From assembly GCA_020635205.1 (NCBI GenBank), contig JACKAE010000005.1, forward strand, positions 258,361 to 322,360: a stretch of DNA of 64,000 nt. The letters run 5' to 3'. Within the stretch, counting starts at the first letter, position 1. Each line of letters starts with the position of its first letter. The notes beneath the pieces are model-generated. The model made no database searches. It saw only the letters and a list, made by a program, of their open reading frames with translations, and was not told where the DNA came from. Positions 1-9,934 of the stretch are shown here, one piece after another. The position numbers were made by a program, and so were the translations under genes. Source of the DNA: Ignavibacteria bacterium. Lineage in GTDB: Bacteria; Bacteroidota; Ignavibacteria; OLB7.

Positions 1-795
1 CTGCGAATTACAATGAATCAGACCGAAGGTGATCGGCTGATCTACAACGGCGATGACCAGTGGTTGAGGAGAATCGGCCAGATGGACTTCCGACCGAAAA
101 TGCTCAGCTACAGTCTCCTCCACGATGTGGAAGCTGGGGCATTCGTTCGAGATGGAAATCTAATGGTTCAGACTGATGAATCTGAGGAGACAGTGGGGGT
201 GATTCCGGCTCAAGAGATTGGTATCCGTGGGCCACACAATCTGGCCAACAGTATGGGAGCCGCTTTGGCAGCCGTGAGTGTAGGTATTTCAGTTGAGAAG
301 ATACGGGAGGGTTTAGCCTCTTTTCGTCCCCTTCCTCACCGCTTAGAGGAAGTTGCTCAAATCAATGGAGTCCGGTACATCAACGATTCCAAGGGGACAA
401 ATACCGATGCGCTCCGCTACGCATTAGAAAGTTTTGATAGTCCAATCATCCTGATTGCAGGAGGTCGGGCAAAAAAGAATCGATACGACGCTCTGCTCCC
501 CTTAGTAGAAGAACGTGTAAAGGCTGCCATCCTTATCGGCGAAGCAGCAGAGGAGATGGAGCGTGAGTTTACAGGGTTAACCACAACTGTCATGGCTGGA
601 AAGAGTATGGAGAATGCTCTCCAGAAGGCATCGGAATTAGCTGAGTCAGGAGATGTTGTTCTTCTCTCTCCAGCCTGTGCCAGCTTCGACATGTTCAGAA
701 ACTTTGAAGAACGAGGAGAGGTGTTTAGAGAGCTTGTGGAATCGAGAGCCGAGAGTCAAGAGTTGGGAGTTGAGAGTCGGGAGGCTGGAGTATGA
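1..795 (+). CDS. murD: UDP-N-acetylmuramoylalanine--D-glutamate ligase MurD, C-terminal part (5' end outside window)
   Basis: ORF 13..795 is open to the window edge. Mur ligase C-terminal domain motifs are present (GxRYINDSKGTNxDA, LIAGGxxK, FDMF). It overlaps the ftsW start by 4 nt at the canonical dcw-cluster position. Confidence 0.85.
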   Translation: MRITMNQTEGDRLIYNGDDQWLRRIGQMDFRPKMLSYSLLHDVEAGAFVRDGNLMVQTDESEETVGVIPAQEIGIRGPHNLANSMGAALAAVSVGISVEKIREGLASFRPLPHRLEEVAQINGVRYINDSKGTNTDALRYALESFDSPIILIAGGRAKKNRYDALLPLVEERVKAAILIGEAAEEMEREFTGLTTTVMAGKSMENALQKASELAESGDVVLLSPACASFDMFRNFEERGEVFRELVESRAESQELGVESREAGV

Positions 796-1967
796 AAGGG
801 ATATTGAAGAGAGAAACGGTAGAAGGACGAGGCCACAGCGATTGGTTCATTCTGCTGAGCGTGCTCGGTATGATGTTCTTCTCCGTTGCCTTTGTCTACT
901 CAGCGTCGGCAGGTTTTGCCGATGCCCGGACAGGCTCTGCCGAAACGTTCTTCTGGAGTCACCTGATTCGTGTTGGGGCTGGTGTTGGCATTCTTCTCCT
1001 CTTTGCACGACTCGACTACCATTGGTTGGAACGCTGGAGCAAGCCACTGTTAGTGCTTGCTATCGGGATGCTCCTCTACGTTCTTTTCGAGGGGACGCGG
1101 ATCAAGGGGGCAACACGTTGGATTGATCTCGGGTTGATCTCCTTCCAACCATCTGAAGTGGCCAAGTTTGCCTTAGTGATGCACCTCGGTGTGATGTTGG
1201 CCGACAAACGAGACTATCTGAACGACTTCAAGTTTGCCGTTCTGCCGATGCTTGTCTGGATTGGTATTGTTGCCGCCTTGGTTGCCTTGCAGCCAAATTT
1301 ATCGACAGCACTGGTTATCTCTACACTCGGCTTTGGCGTTCTCTTTATGGGGAGAGTTAAGCTGTGGCACTTAGCTGCCGTGACGCTTCCGGCTCTTGCT
1401 GGAGCAGGTCTCTACGCAATATCTGCCGAGTATCGGATGCGTCGCATCATGGGATTTATCGGAATGCACTCTGGCGAGAGTAGTGGAATTGAAACGGCAG
1501 GATATCAGTTGAAGCAGGGACTGCTCGCGTTTGGTTCAGGGGGACTCTTTGGCGTTGGGCCGGGGCAGAGCCATCAGCGACTTTTTGTACCTGAGCCGTT
1601 TGGTGACTTTATCTACTCAATCATTGGTGAAGAATATGGGTTTGCTGGGACAACGTTTCTGATGCTTGTCTTCGGCGTTATCATCTGGCGTGGATTGTTG
1701 GTTGCACGGCAAGCTCCTGATGATCTGGGCAGAAACCTTGCTGCCGGTATCACGATGGCAGTCGGTCTCTACGCAATTGTCAATGCCGGAGTAACTACAG
1801 GGCTTCTCCCGACCACCGGTCTTCCGATGCCATTTGTTAGCTACGGCGGCAGCTCGGTACTCTTCAGTGCGGCAGCAGTCGGTGTTCTCTTGAATATCTC
1901 AAGGTATGCAAACGTGATGCCCTATCGCCGCGAGCAGCCGAAGGTTGTGGAAGGGGTAGTAGCATGA
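792..1967 (+). CDS. ftsW: SEDS-family cell division protein FtsW (peptidoglycan glycosyltransferase / lipid II flippase)
   Basis: 391 aa with about 10 TM segments and FtsW/RodA signature stretches (GxxxWIDLGxISFQPSE, PxTGLPMPFVSYGGSS). It sits between murD and murG with overlapping stop/start codons on both sides. Confidence 0.9.
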   Translation: MKGILKRETVEGRGHSDWFILLSVLGMMFFSVAFVYSASAGFADARTGSAETFFWSHLIRVGAGVGILLLFARLDYHWLERWSKPLLVLAIGMLLYVLFEGTRIKGATRWIDLGLISFQPSEVAKFALVMHLGVMLADKRDYLNDFKFAVLPMLVWIGIVAALVALQPNLSTALVISTLGFGVLFMGRVKLWHLAAVTLPALAGAGLYAISAEYRMRRIMGFIGMHSGESSGIETAGYQLKQGLLAFGSGGLFGVGPGQSHQRLFVPEPFGDFIYSIIGEEYGFAGTTFLMLVFGVIIWRGLLVARQAPDDLGRNLAAGITMAVGLYAIVNAGVTTGLLPTTGLPMPFVSYGGSSVLFSAAAVGVLLNISRYANVMPYRREQPKVVEGVVA

Positions 1968-3079
1968 GTAAGATAGGTTCACCAGAGAGGGGAGCACGTC
2001 TCCTGTTCGTGGCAGGGGGTACTGGAGGACATCTCTTCCCTGCACTGGCAGTTGCAGACCGCTGTCGCGAATTAGCACCCAACACAACAATCCGATTTGT
2101 TGGGGCGCGTGGAAGATTGGAAGAAGATGTTGTTCCTCGTGCAGGATATGAACTCGACCTCCTCTGGATCAGTGGCTTCAACCGGAGTCTTTCTCCGAAA
2201 AACGTAATGCTGCCGATCAAGATTATCAGGTCGTTAATGCAGTCCCGGAAGATTATCACTACCTTCCGCCCAGATGTTGTGATCTGCGCCGGAGCCTACG
2301 TCAGTTGGCCGGTTGGTTCGGTTGCCGGGTCGAAAAATATACCACTTGTGCTGATGGAATCGAACGCTCTTCCCGGCATGGTGGTGCGGAAGTTAGCACC
2401 GAAAGCCGAGGAAGTTCACGTTGCCTTCGAGGAGACGGCAGAGCGACTGCCGGGAGCAAATGTGGTTCTGAGTGGCAACCCGATTCGCCGGGTTTTCCAC
2501 CAAAAACTTGACAGAGGAGAGGCGCGTCGCCACTTCGGACTCGATCCGAATCGTCCGACCCTTTTCGCCTTCGGTGGGTCGCTCGGAGCGCGCTCTATCA
2601 ACAACGTGTTAGATGGAATGGTCGGTTCGCTCTTAGCCGATGGGATACAAATCATCTGGCAGACGGGAAAGAGTTATGAAGGGGAAGAACGGCGAGAGGA
2701 GAATCTCTACCGTGCTCGGTTTATTCACGAGATGGAGCAGGGGTATGCTGCTGCCGACCTTGTGCTGGCGCGGGCTGGCGCAACAACGATTGCAGAGCTG
2801 AAGGGGGTAAGCAAACCTTCGATTCTGGTTCCTCTCCCAACAGCCGCCGACGATCACCAGCGGGTGAATGCCGAGGCGATGGAACGGGAGGGAGCAGCCC
2901 GTACAATACTCGACCGCGACTTAACCGAGTCCCTTTACGGAACAGTGACAGAGTTATTAGCACAGCCCACGCTCCTGAGCGAGATGGGAGAGAAAGCCGA
3001 GGCGATGGCATTGTTAGATGCAGATGATAGAATTGCGAGAAGAGTGTTGGAGATAGTTCATAGAGTTAAGAGTTCATAG
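1964..3079 (+). CDS. murG: UDP-N-acetylglucosamine--N-acetylmuramyl-(pentapeptide) pyrophosphoryl-undecaprenol GlcNAc transferase MurG
   Basis: 371 aa with an N-terminal GGTGGHLFPALAV motif and GT28 architecture. It overlaps ftsW by 4 nt. Its 3' end runs into a heptamer repeat. Confidence 0.92.
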   Translation: MSKIGSPERGARLLFVAGGTGGHLFPALAVADRCRELAPNTTIRFVGARGRLEEDVVPRAGYELDLLWISGFNRSLSPKNVMLPIKIIRSLMQSRKIITTFRPDVVICAGAYVSWPVGSVAGSKNIPLVLMESNALPGMVVRKLAPKAEEVHVAFEETAERLPGANVVLSGNPIRRVFHQKLDRGEARRHFGLDPNRPTLFAFGGSLGARSINNVLDGMVGSLLADGIQIIWQTGKSYEGEERREENLYRARFIHEMEQGYAAADLVLARAGATTIAELKGVSKPSILVPLPTAADDHQRVNAEAMEREGAARTILDRDLTESLYGTVTELLAQPTLLSEMGEKAEAMALLDADDRIARRVLEIVHRVKSS

Positions 3080-3090
3080 AGTTGGGAGTG
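3035..3090 (+). repeat. heptamer-based dispersed repeat (KAGAGTT/TGAGTGT family), copy at murG 3' end
   Basis: GTTCATAGAGTTAAGAGTTCATAGAGTTGGGAGTG; supplies the last codons (..VHRVKSS*) of murG. Confidence 0.7.
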
Positions 3091-3169
3091 CCGTAGGGGG
3101 AAGAACATTTGCCCCTCTCTCATCACCGAACCCGAACGCTTCCAGCAGCTCCCAGCAAATGATAAGATC

Positions 3170-3688
3170 ATGGAAAAGAGATACGGACAGAAACTGGACA
3201 TCTATTACATGGCAGCAGTCGCTTACTTGGTGACGCTGATCGTGTATGCGGTGATCGCAGGGTCGCTGATCGGCGAGCACTTCCAGTTGCTCTGGAAAGA
3301 TCCAATTGTCTACCTGCTTGCTCTCTGTGCTGTTGTCTCGGTTGTTGCCCTAATTGTTGCGGCAGTCTTGAACAAGCAAGTGGTGATTAAAGAGGATGAG
3401 ATGTTGTTCATCACTCGATCCAAAACTCGAACTCTTCGTCCCGATGAGATTGAGTGGGTCAGCTTCAGGCGTGGAAGCCGTGGAAAAATTCGTGGTGACG
3501 GAACTGCCGAGCGAGCTGTCCGCATCAAGTTGAAAAGTCGACGCAGAAGGCTTTGGCTTCGTCCGGCACTCTTCAGCGAGAGTGAAGAGATGGTGGTCAA
3601 CCTCCGCAATTGGATGGAACGGAATAGTGTGCCGATCAGAGTACGGAAGGGAAGAAGAGGTTTTCAGGGGAAAGGAGGAACAAGATAG
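3170..3688 (+). CDS. hypothetical small membrane protein (2 TM helices + basic C-terminal domain) inserted between murG and murC
   Basis: 172-aa ORF. The N-terminus has two hydrophobic helices (AAVAYLVTLIVYAVIAGSLIG; VYLLALCAVVSVVALIVAAVL). The C-terminal half is very basic (KSRRRRLWLR..., RVRKGRRGFQGKGG). Its stop overlaps the murC GTG start by 1 nt, suggesting translational coupling. No family recognised. Confidence 0.6.
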   Translation: MEKRYGQKLDIYYMAAVAYLVTLIVYAVIAGSLIGEHFQLLWKDPIVYLLALCAVVSVVALIVAAVLNKQVVIKEDEMLFITRSKTRTLRPDEIEWVSFRRGSRGKIRGDGTAERAVRIKLKSRRRRLWLRPALFSESEEMVVNLRNWMERNSVPIRVRKGRRGFQGKGGTR

Positions 3689-5073
3689 TGTTTCGCAGCA
3701 TTAACAACATCCACTTTGTTGGTATTGGTGGCATCGGCATGTCCGGTATTGCTGAGCTACTCTTAGCCGAAGGCTTTAAGGTCTCTGGGAGTGATTTAGT
3801 GAAAGGGGAGGCGACTGCTCGACTTGAGAAGCTGGGAGCCAGGATTGTTCAGGGGCACGCACCAGAGAACATCGTAAATGCCGAGGTCGTTGTTTACTCA
3901 AGTGCAGTGAAACCGGAAGAAAACCCGGAGACACGTGAGGCCATGCGGCGCAAGATTCCGTTGATTCGGCGCGCTGAGATGTTGGCTGAAGTTACACGGC
4001 TCCACTACGGTGTTGCCGTTGCCGGAACACACGGCAAGACAACTACAACGTCGATGATTGGGCTTGTACTGATTGAAGGGGGAGTTGATCCAACCGTAAT
4101 CGTTGGTGGGAAGTTGGCTGATTTGGGGGGAACAAATGCTCGACGAGGTAAGGGAGAGTGGACTGTAGTAGAGGCAGACGAGTACGACCGTTCCTTCCTC
4201 TCGCTTCTCCCAACCGTTGCCGTGATAACGAACTTAGAATCGGAGCACCTTGACATCTACTCCGATCTCGACGACTTGAAAGGATCGTTCATTGAATTTG
4301 CAAACAAAGTCCCCTTCTACGGCTTCGTCGCTCTCTGCCTTGACGAGGAGAGCCTTGTCGACATCATGCCGAAGTTAACGCGACGAGTGGTGAGTTACGG
4401 GACTTCATCTCAGTGCGATGTTCGAGCTTCAGATTTGGAGTATACCGAGGGAACGTCCCGCTTTACTGTGTCGTTGCGGGGCAAGGAGTTGGGAACGATT
4501 ACGTTGGGAGTTCCCGGGCTTCACAACGTAAAAAATGCCTTAGCGGCAGTGACAGTTGGTTTGGCTCTCGACCTCCCCTTTAAAAAAATTGCTCGGGCAC
4601 TCGGGAAGTTCAGTGGTGTCTACCGTCGCTTCGAACTGAAGGGAGAGGAAAAGAAAGTGATGGTGATCGACGATTACGCTCACCACCCAACAGAAGTGAA
4701 GGCAACGCTCGAAGGGGTAAAGCGGGGATGGAACCGGCGCGTGGTGGCAATCTTTCAGCCCCACACCTACACGCGCACACGAGATTTTCACGACGAGTTT
4801 GGCAAATCGTTCCTCAATGCCGACCTCGTGGTAATCACAGATATCTATCCTGCACGCGAGCAGCCGATTGAAGGTGTGACAGGAGAGCTTGTAGCGCAGA
4901 GTGCCACTGACTTCGGACATCGTCACGTTAACTACGTTGCCAATAAAGATGACGTGCCGGAGCATCTCGTTTCGCTGTTAGAGCCGGGAGATATTGTGCT
5001 AACGATGGGGGCAGGAGATATATGGAAGATTGGGGAGAAGATTCTTCAAAGACTTAAGGAGATAAAGCTGTAG
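3688..5073 (+). CDS. murC: UDP-N-acetylmuramate--L-alanine ligase MurC (GTG start)
   Basis: 461 aa with MurC N-terminal HFVGIGGxGMSGIAE motif, P-loop GTHGKTTTTSM and Mur ligase C-terminal domain. Confidence 0.92.
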   Translation: MFRSINNIHFVGIGGIGMSGIAELLLAEGFKVSGSDLVKGEATARLEKLGARIVQGHAPENIVNAEVVVYSSAVKPEENPETREAMRRKIPLIRRAEMLAEVTRLHYGVAVAGTHGKTTTTSMIGLVLIEGGVDPTVIVGGKLADLGGTNARRGKGEWTVVEADEYDRSFLSLLPTVAVITNLESEHLDIYSDLDDLKGSFIEFANKVPFYGFVALCLDEESLVDIMPKLTRRVVSYGTSSQCDVRASDLEYTEGTSRFTVSLRGKELGTITLGVPGLHNVKNALAAVTVGLALDLPFKKIARALGKFSGVYRRFELKGEEKKVMVIDDYAHHPTEVKATLEGVKRGWNRRVVAIFQPHTYTRTRDFHDEFGKSFLNADLVVITDIYPAREQPIEGVTGELVAQSATDFGHRHVNYVANKDDVPEHLVSLLEPGDIVLTMGAGDIWKIGEKILQRLKEIKL

Positions 5074-5127
5074 AGAAGTGAAGCAGGATTTGTTCTGATG
5101 TTTCACTTTCAACTTCACGTATAAGAG

Positions 5128-6048
5128 ATGCTTTCATTCGAAGACATACGGAACAGCTTTCGAGGGCGTATTGAGCTTGGTGAGTCGATGGCTCGCCACA
5201 TGACCTTCCGAATCGGAGGGAGTGCGGACATCTATTTAGAGCCGAACGATAAGGAAGATGCCTTGGCACTCTTCACGTTCCTTGCCGAAGAGAAGATGCC
5301 CTACGTGTTGATCGGCAATGGAAGCAACGTATTGATAGCAGACGAGGGGATACGGGCTGCGGTTGTCAACTTAGAGGCGGGCTTCAATTACTTCCGTTTT
5401 GTTGATGGTGAGATTATTGCCGGTGCGGGAGTAAAGCTGGCAAAGTTCGTTGACTTCTGCATTAACAACAGGTGCGGCGGTGCGGAGATGCTCGCCGGAA
5501 TTCCCGGCACACTTGGCGGGGCAATCATTATGAATGCCGGAGCCTACGGTGGAGAAATTTCGGATTACATCACAAAAGTTGATCTGATTCGGGGTGGGAA
5601 ACTTCTCTCTATTAATAAAGAAGAGGGAGCCTTCGCTTACCGTACTTCCGGTCTGGTTAACGATATCGTGCTTGAGGCAACCTTCCGTTTTCCTGAAGGT
5701 CTGCCGGAGCCAATGAAGGTGAAGCGTCGAGAGCTTTTGATAAAGAGAAACGCATCACAACCAGTGAACTGGCCGAACGCGGGGAGCATCTTTAAGAATC
5801 CACCGGACGACTACGCGGCGAGGTTGATTGAAGAGTGTGGGTTGAAGGGGCGCAGAGTTGGAGGAGCACAGATTAGCGAGCTTCACGCAAACTTTATTAT
5901 CAACGTTGACAACGCTTCGGCAAACGATGTGGTAGAGCTGATGGTGATTGCGCGAGAAGCGGTGATCGAAAAATTTAATGTTCGCTTAGAACCAGAGATA
6001 AAACTGATTGGATTCTCCGAAGAGACTATCAGTTGGGTGAATAGGTAG
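5128..6048 (+). CDS. murB: UDP-N-acetylenolpyruvoylglucosamine reductase MurB
   Basis: 306 aa with FAD-binding MurB motifs (FRIGGxAD, VLIGNGSNVL, GAQISELHANFIIN). Confidence 0.9.
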   Translation: MLSFEDIRNSFRGRIELGESMARHMTFRIGGSADIYLEPNDKEDALALFTFLAEEKMPYVLIGNGSNVLIADEGIRAAVVNLEAGFNYFRFVDGEIIAGAGVKLAKFVDFCINNRCGGAEMLAGIPGTLGGAIIMNAGAYGGEISDYITKVDLIRGGKLLSINKEEGAFAYRTSGLVNDIVLEATFRFPEGLPEPMKVKRRELLIKRNASQPVNWPNAGSIFKNPPDDYAARLIEECGLKGRRVGGAQISELHANFIINVDNASANDVVELMVIAREAVIEKFNVRLEPEIKLIGFSEETISWVNR

Positions 6049-6063
6049 CGACCTGAAAGTGAT

Positions 6064-6885
6064 ATGAAGAAACGGAAGACCAGATCACGTAAGCTGACGA
6101 AAAAGGAGCGGATGGCTCGGGCAGAGTCTCGCCGCTTTGCTTCGAAAGTTTCGCTCGGCATCATCCTTATAGGTGCTGCTGTCGGTTTGGTTGCCGTAGC
6201 AAACAAGTGGATTGCACGCGAGCGGTTGGAGTCGATTATTGTGAAGGGGAACCTTGTGCTGGATACTGCCGAAATACTTAAGCAGGCAGCACTCCCCGAT
6301 TCGGTTCGGGTGAAGGCGGTCGATCTGGAAGAAGTAGAGGAACGGTTGAGTGCTCATCCATTCATCGCACATGCGAATGCTTGGGAAGGAGGCTCGGGAA
6401 GTTTAGTGCTTGAGGTGGAAGAACGTGCTCCGGTTGCCGTCACGATTATCAAGGGGGAGCCAATCTATTTAGATGCAGCAGCAACACCCCTTCCATTCCG
6501 GTTCGGGGTTGCTGCCCCAGATGTTCCAGTGCTCCAAGGAGTTGCCAGTGCAGATGGAATCGACAGCGTAAAAGTGATGGAAGCAATTGAGGTTGCCACG
6601 ATCGTGCGGGAGTACAGTGATCTCCTCTATCAACGAGTAGCCGAGGTGCATCGGGGAGGAGATGGTCTCTACAGCTTCACCTTAACAGAGAGTGGAGTGC
6701 CGGTGCTTGTCGGAACGAAAGATGAAATTCTTCCCCGACTTCCAAAGCTGGAAATCTTTCTCGCTGAGGTTCTCTCGCGACGAGGTTCTGGCCAACTGCG
6801 GCAGATTGATCTTCGCTGGAACGATCAGGTTGTGGTAAAGTGGAAAGGTGGTGGAAAACTCCCAGACGATACGAAAGAGTTGTAG
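6064..6885 (+). CDS. ftsQ: cell division protein FtsQ/DivIB
   Basis: 273 aa with a basic cytoplasmic N-terminus, one TM segment and POTRA-like/FtsQ region. Located between murB and ftsA. Confidence 0.75.
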   Translation: MKKRKTRSRKLTKKERMARAESRRFASKVSLGIILIGAAVGLVAVANKWIARERLESIIVKGNLVLDTAEILKQAALPDSVRVKAVDLEEVEERLSAHPFIAHANAWEGGSGSLVLEVEERAPVAVTIIKGEPIYLDAAATPLPFRFGVAAPDVPVLQGVASADGIDSVKVMEAIEVATIVREYSDLLYQRVAEVHRGGDGLYSFTLTESGVPVLVGTKDEILPRLPKLEIFLAEVLSRRGSGQLRQIDLRWNDQVVVKWKGGGKLPDDTKEL

Positions 6886-6973
6886 GGAGTAGGTTCGGAG
6901 AGAATCGATTGCATAGAGAAGAACAAAGACAGATTACACAGACAGTATATAGACTATAGATAGTGATAGTATC

Positions 6974-8299
6974 ATGAGTAAGGCAGAACAGAATTCTTTG
7001 AATAGCCAGAGCGAGATTCCAGGGAATGGGTCGGATGGTGGACAGGATGTTATTGTGGGACTCGACATTGGAACCAGTAAAGTCTGCGCAATTGTCGCCC
7101 GGCGTGATCTGGAGAATCCCGATCAGGTTCACATCCTCGGCGTGGGACATTCTCCATCCGATGGATTGAACCGTGGCGTAGTTGTCAACATTGAAAAGAC
7201 TGTTCGCTCAATCGAACGTGCGTTGGCTGGGGCAGAGGCGCAGTCGGGCGTGAAGATTCGGTCGGTGATCGTCGGCATTGCCGGTGATCACATTCAGTCC
7301 TTTCCGAGTCGTGGAGTTGTCACGATCAGCGATCCTGAACAAGTAGTCTCGCAAGCCGATGTCGACCGACTGTTGCAAGATGCGCAGCGGATTAGTCTGC
7401 CGTCGGATCGCCGAATCCTTCACGTGATTCCGCAAGAATATATCATTGACGGACAGGATGGGATCAGCGATCCGGTCGGTATGTCGGGATTGCGGATGGA
7501 GGCGAACGTTCACGTGATTACAGGACTTGTGACTGCAGCGCAGAATATCTACCGCTGTGTTGAGCGTGCCGGACTTCACGTGGCCGACATCGTGCTGGAG
7601 CCTCTCGGCAGCAGCTATGCAGTGTTGGAAGAGGATGAGCGTGAGGTTGGCGTCGGGTTGATCGACATTGGGGGGGGGACAACTGACATTGCGGTCTTCG
7701 AAGATGGGACGATTCGCCACACATCGGTGATTGGCATTGCCGGGCACATGGTGACAAACGACATTCGGAAGGGACTCGGCATCATCGGTGAGCAGGCGGA
7801 GAGAATCAAACAGGAGTATGGGTACGCTTACGGAGCGATGATTCTGAACGACGAGTCGTTCATGATCCCGGGTATCGGTGGTCGCAAGCCGATGGAAGTA
7901 ACCAAGTCGATGCTTGCCCGGATTATCCAGCCTCGCATGGAAGAGATTTTAGAGTTTGCCCTCGCGGAGATCAAGCGTTCCGGTTATCTGCGCCACCTCT
8001 CGGCTGGCGTTGTTCTCACGGGTGGAGGCGCGTTGCTTCGCGGCTCGGCAGAACTTGCACAGGAAGTGTTGGGAATGCCGGTGAAGATTGGCATCCCGGC
8101 AGGCTTCGGCGGAAGTGCACTGGCTCCGGAAGTAGAGTCTCCAATCTATGCAACCGGTGTTGGCCTCGTGATGCGAGCACTAAGGCAGACCTCCGACATC
8201 GACGTGATGGAAGATGAAGGAGAGGAGATTGAAGAGGGAGAAGAAGTGGTGAAGGAGTCAATGTTTTCACGCATGAAAAAGTTCTTTGAAGAACTGTAG
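6974..8299 (+). CDS. ftsA: cell division protein FtsA
   Basis: 441 aa with an actin-like ATPase fold (GLDIGTSKVCAIVA; DIGGGTTDIAVF; VVLTGGGALL) and a C-terminal amphipathic tail. Confidence 0.9.
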   Translation: MSKAEQNSLNSQSEIPGNGSDGGQDVIVGLDIGTSKVCAIVARRDLENPDQVHILGVGHSPSDGLNRGVVVNIEKTVRSIERALAGAEAQSGVKIRSVIVGIAGDHIQSFPSRGVVTISDPEQVVSQADVDRLLQDAQRISLPSDRRILHVIPQEYIIDGQDGISDPVGMSGLRMEANVHVITGLVTAAQNIYRCVERAGLHVADIVLEPLGSSYAVLEEDEREVGVGLIDIGGGTTDIAVFEDGTIRHTSVIGIAGHMVTNDIRKGLGIIGEQAERIKQEYGYAYGAMILNDESFMIPGIGGRKPMEVTKSMLARIIQPRMEEILEFALAEIKRSGYLRHLSAGVVLTGGGALLRGSAELAQEVLGMPVKIGIPAGFGGSALAPEVESPIYATGVGLVMRALRQTSDIDVMEDEGEEIEEGEEVVKESMFSRMKKFFEEL

Positions 8300-8463
8300 G
8301 AAAGAGAATTCAATTCAAGATTCAAAAGGCGAAATTCAAAAAAGTTGGCAGTGAATTTGTCCAAGGTTGACTTTTAAGAAGCGCGTAGTCCGGCTGTAAA
8401 TTTTTTAATGATTAATTTTAAAGTAATCGGCTCAACACATAAAACGAGGGAGGACCACACACC

Positions 8464-9792
8464 ATGATTGAGCTTGACCACAATGCCGAAATGTACAGTG
8501 CCAAACTGAAGGTTGTTGGCGTTGGTGGCGGCGGGGGGAACGCCATCAACAGTATGATCGAACGTGGCTTGGAGGGATGCGAATTTGTCGCGGTTAACAC
8601 CGACGCGCAGGCACTTTCAAAAAACCAGGCTCCACACAAGGTACAGATCGGGAAAGAATTAACGCGCGGCCTTGGTGCGGGGGCAAACCCCGAGATTGGC
8701 CGCGACGCGTCAGTAGAAGATCGGGAAGAACTGGCGCAGACCCTTACCGGCAGCGACATGGTTTTTGTGACTGCTGGAATGGGAGGTGGAACGGGAACCG
8801 GTAGCGCACCGGTTGTCGCAGAGGTTGCCCGCGAGCTTGGAGCACTCGTTGTCGGCATCGTCACACGTCCGTTTAATTGGGAAGGGAAACCGCGTCAGTC
8901 CAAAGCGGAGAGTGGTATCGAGGAATTGCGCAAGCAGGTTGATACGCTCATCGTTGTTCCCAATCAGCGTCTTCTCTCCATTATCGACAAGAACACAAGT
9001 CTGCAAGATGCCTTCCGCAAGGTTGACGACGTTCTCTACAATGCCACGAGTGGTATTGCCCGCATCATCACGGGGCAAGGCTATATCAACGTTGACTTTG
9101 CGGACGTGCGGACAATCATGCAGAGCATGGGTGAAGCCTTGATGGGAACGGGAATGGCTACTGGAGATGATCGGGCGGTAGAGGCGGCACAGAGTGCAAT
9201 CTCTTCTCCACTTCTTGAAGGAGTCTCGATTACCGGCTCGCAAGGTGTCCTTATCAACATCGCAGCTTCCAGCAGCTTGACGATGATGGAGATCGACGAA
9301 GCCGTAGACATCGTCTACAAGTCAGTCGGTCAGGATGCAAACATCATCTTCGGTGTGGTTATCGACGAAGCTCTCGAAGAGAAGATGATGGTGACAGTAA
9401 TCGCAACTGGTTTCAACAAGAAGGTGGCACAGAAGAGCGAGGCAGAGGAGAAGACCTCAGCCATGCCATTCAAGACTGCCGGTTTTGACTTGAAGCGGGA
9501 GGAGGTAACGCCGGAGGCAGAGCAGCAGAAAACTCCGGTGGTTCCAGCAGTTATACCTCCAACTCCCAAGGAGGAGCCAGACGAGTACGTCGCGAACAAT
9601 CCAGGAACCTACAAGAAGTACGACGTACCTGCCTACGAACGTCGCAATGTCAGCCACGAAGTATTGCGTGGAGGATTCGATATTCCGAAGGCAAACGACG
9701 GGAAAGAAGAAGAGGGGGAAAACCAAAATCAGGCAGAAGAGGCACGCCCACGCACGGAACGGGCAGCCTTCCTTCGGCGAATAATGGACTAA
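8464..9792 (+). CDS. ftsZ: cell division GTPase FtsZ
   Basis: 442 aa with tubulin signature GGGTGTG, VGVGGGGGNA, NTDAQAL, a long disordered linker and a conserved C-terminal peptide (DIPAYERR-like DVPAYERRN). Confidence 0.95.
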   Translation: MIELDHNAEMYSAKLKVVGVGGGGGNAINSMIERGLEGCEFVAVNTDAQALSKNQAPHKVQIGKELTRGLGAGANPEIGRDASVEDREELAQTLTGSDMVFVTAGMGGGTGTGSAPVVAEVARELGALVVGIVTRPFNWEGKPRQSKAESGIEELRKQVDTLIVVPNQRLLSIIDKNTSLQDAFRKVDDVLYNATSGIARIITGQGYINVDFADVRTIMQSMGEALMGTGMATGDDRAVEAAQSAISSPLLEGVSITGSQGVLINIAASSSLTMMEIDEAVDIVYKSVGQDANIIFGVVIDEALEEKMMVTVIATGFNKKVAQKSEAEEKTSAMPFKTAGFDLKREEVTPEAEQQKTPVVPAVIPPTPKEEPDEYVANNPGTYKKYDVPAYERRNVSHEVLRGGFDIPKANDGKEEEGENQNQAEEARPRTERAAFLRRIMD

Positions 9793-9840
9793 GGAAGCAG
9801 ACTACCCCCAACGTAGCCAGAAAGCCCAAAGAGTTACAGA

Positions 9841-9880
9841 AGCCGAACCAGTTGAGAGACTGGTTCGGCTTTTTTTCTTT
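9841..9880 (+). terminator. rho-independent terminator after ftsZ
   Basis: Perfect 11-bp stem AGCCGAACCAG ... CTGGTTCGGCT with an 8-nt loop, followed by TTTTTTTCTTTC. Confidence 0.8.
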
Positions 9881-9934
9881 CACCATTGCTTCAACAAATC
9901 GCTGTCTCCTCCGAAATTCGTATGATTATGGTCT

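Noticed and set aside
653-1126. 157-aa ORF overlapping murD/ftsW in another frame; similar overlapping ORFs inside murG, murC, recQ (e.g. 2721..3011, 17342..17869, 17894..18475)
   Set aside because: They are embedded within or antisense to well-supported conserved genes, with no motifs and Arg/Ser/Cys-rich composition.
3035-3090. Considered whether the heptamer repeat blocks are CRISPR arrays
   Set aside because: Repeat unit is only 7 nt, copies are degenerate and contiguous with no 25-40-nt spacers, and no cas genes are nearby.
8418-9726. Several 80-180-aa ORFs on the minus strand and in alternative plus frames across ftsZ (8418..8864, 8710..9243, 8786..9142, 9330..9599, 9457..9726)
   Set aside because: They are antisense or out-of-frame with a very strongly supported FtsZ CDS and have low-complexity Ser/Arg/Pro-rich translations. 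These are spurious ORFs typical of GC-moderate DNA.
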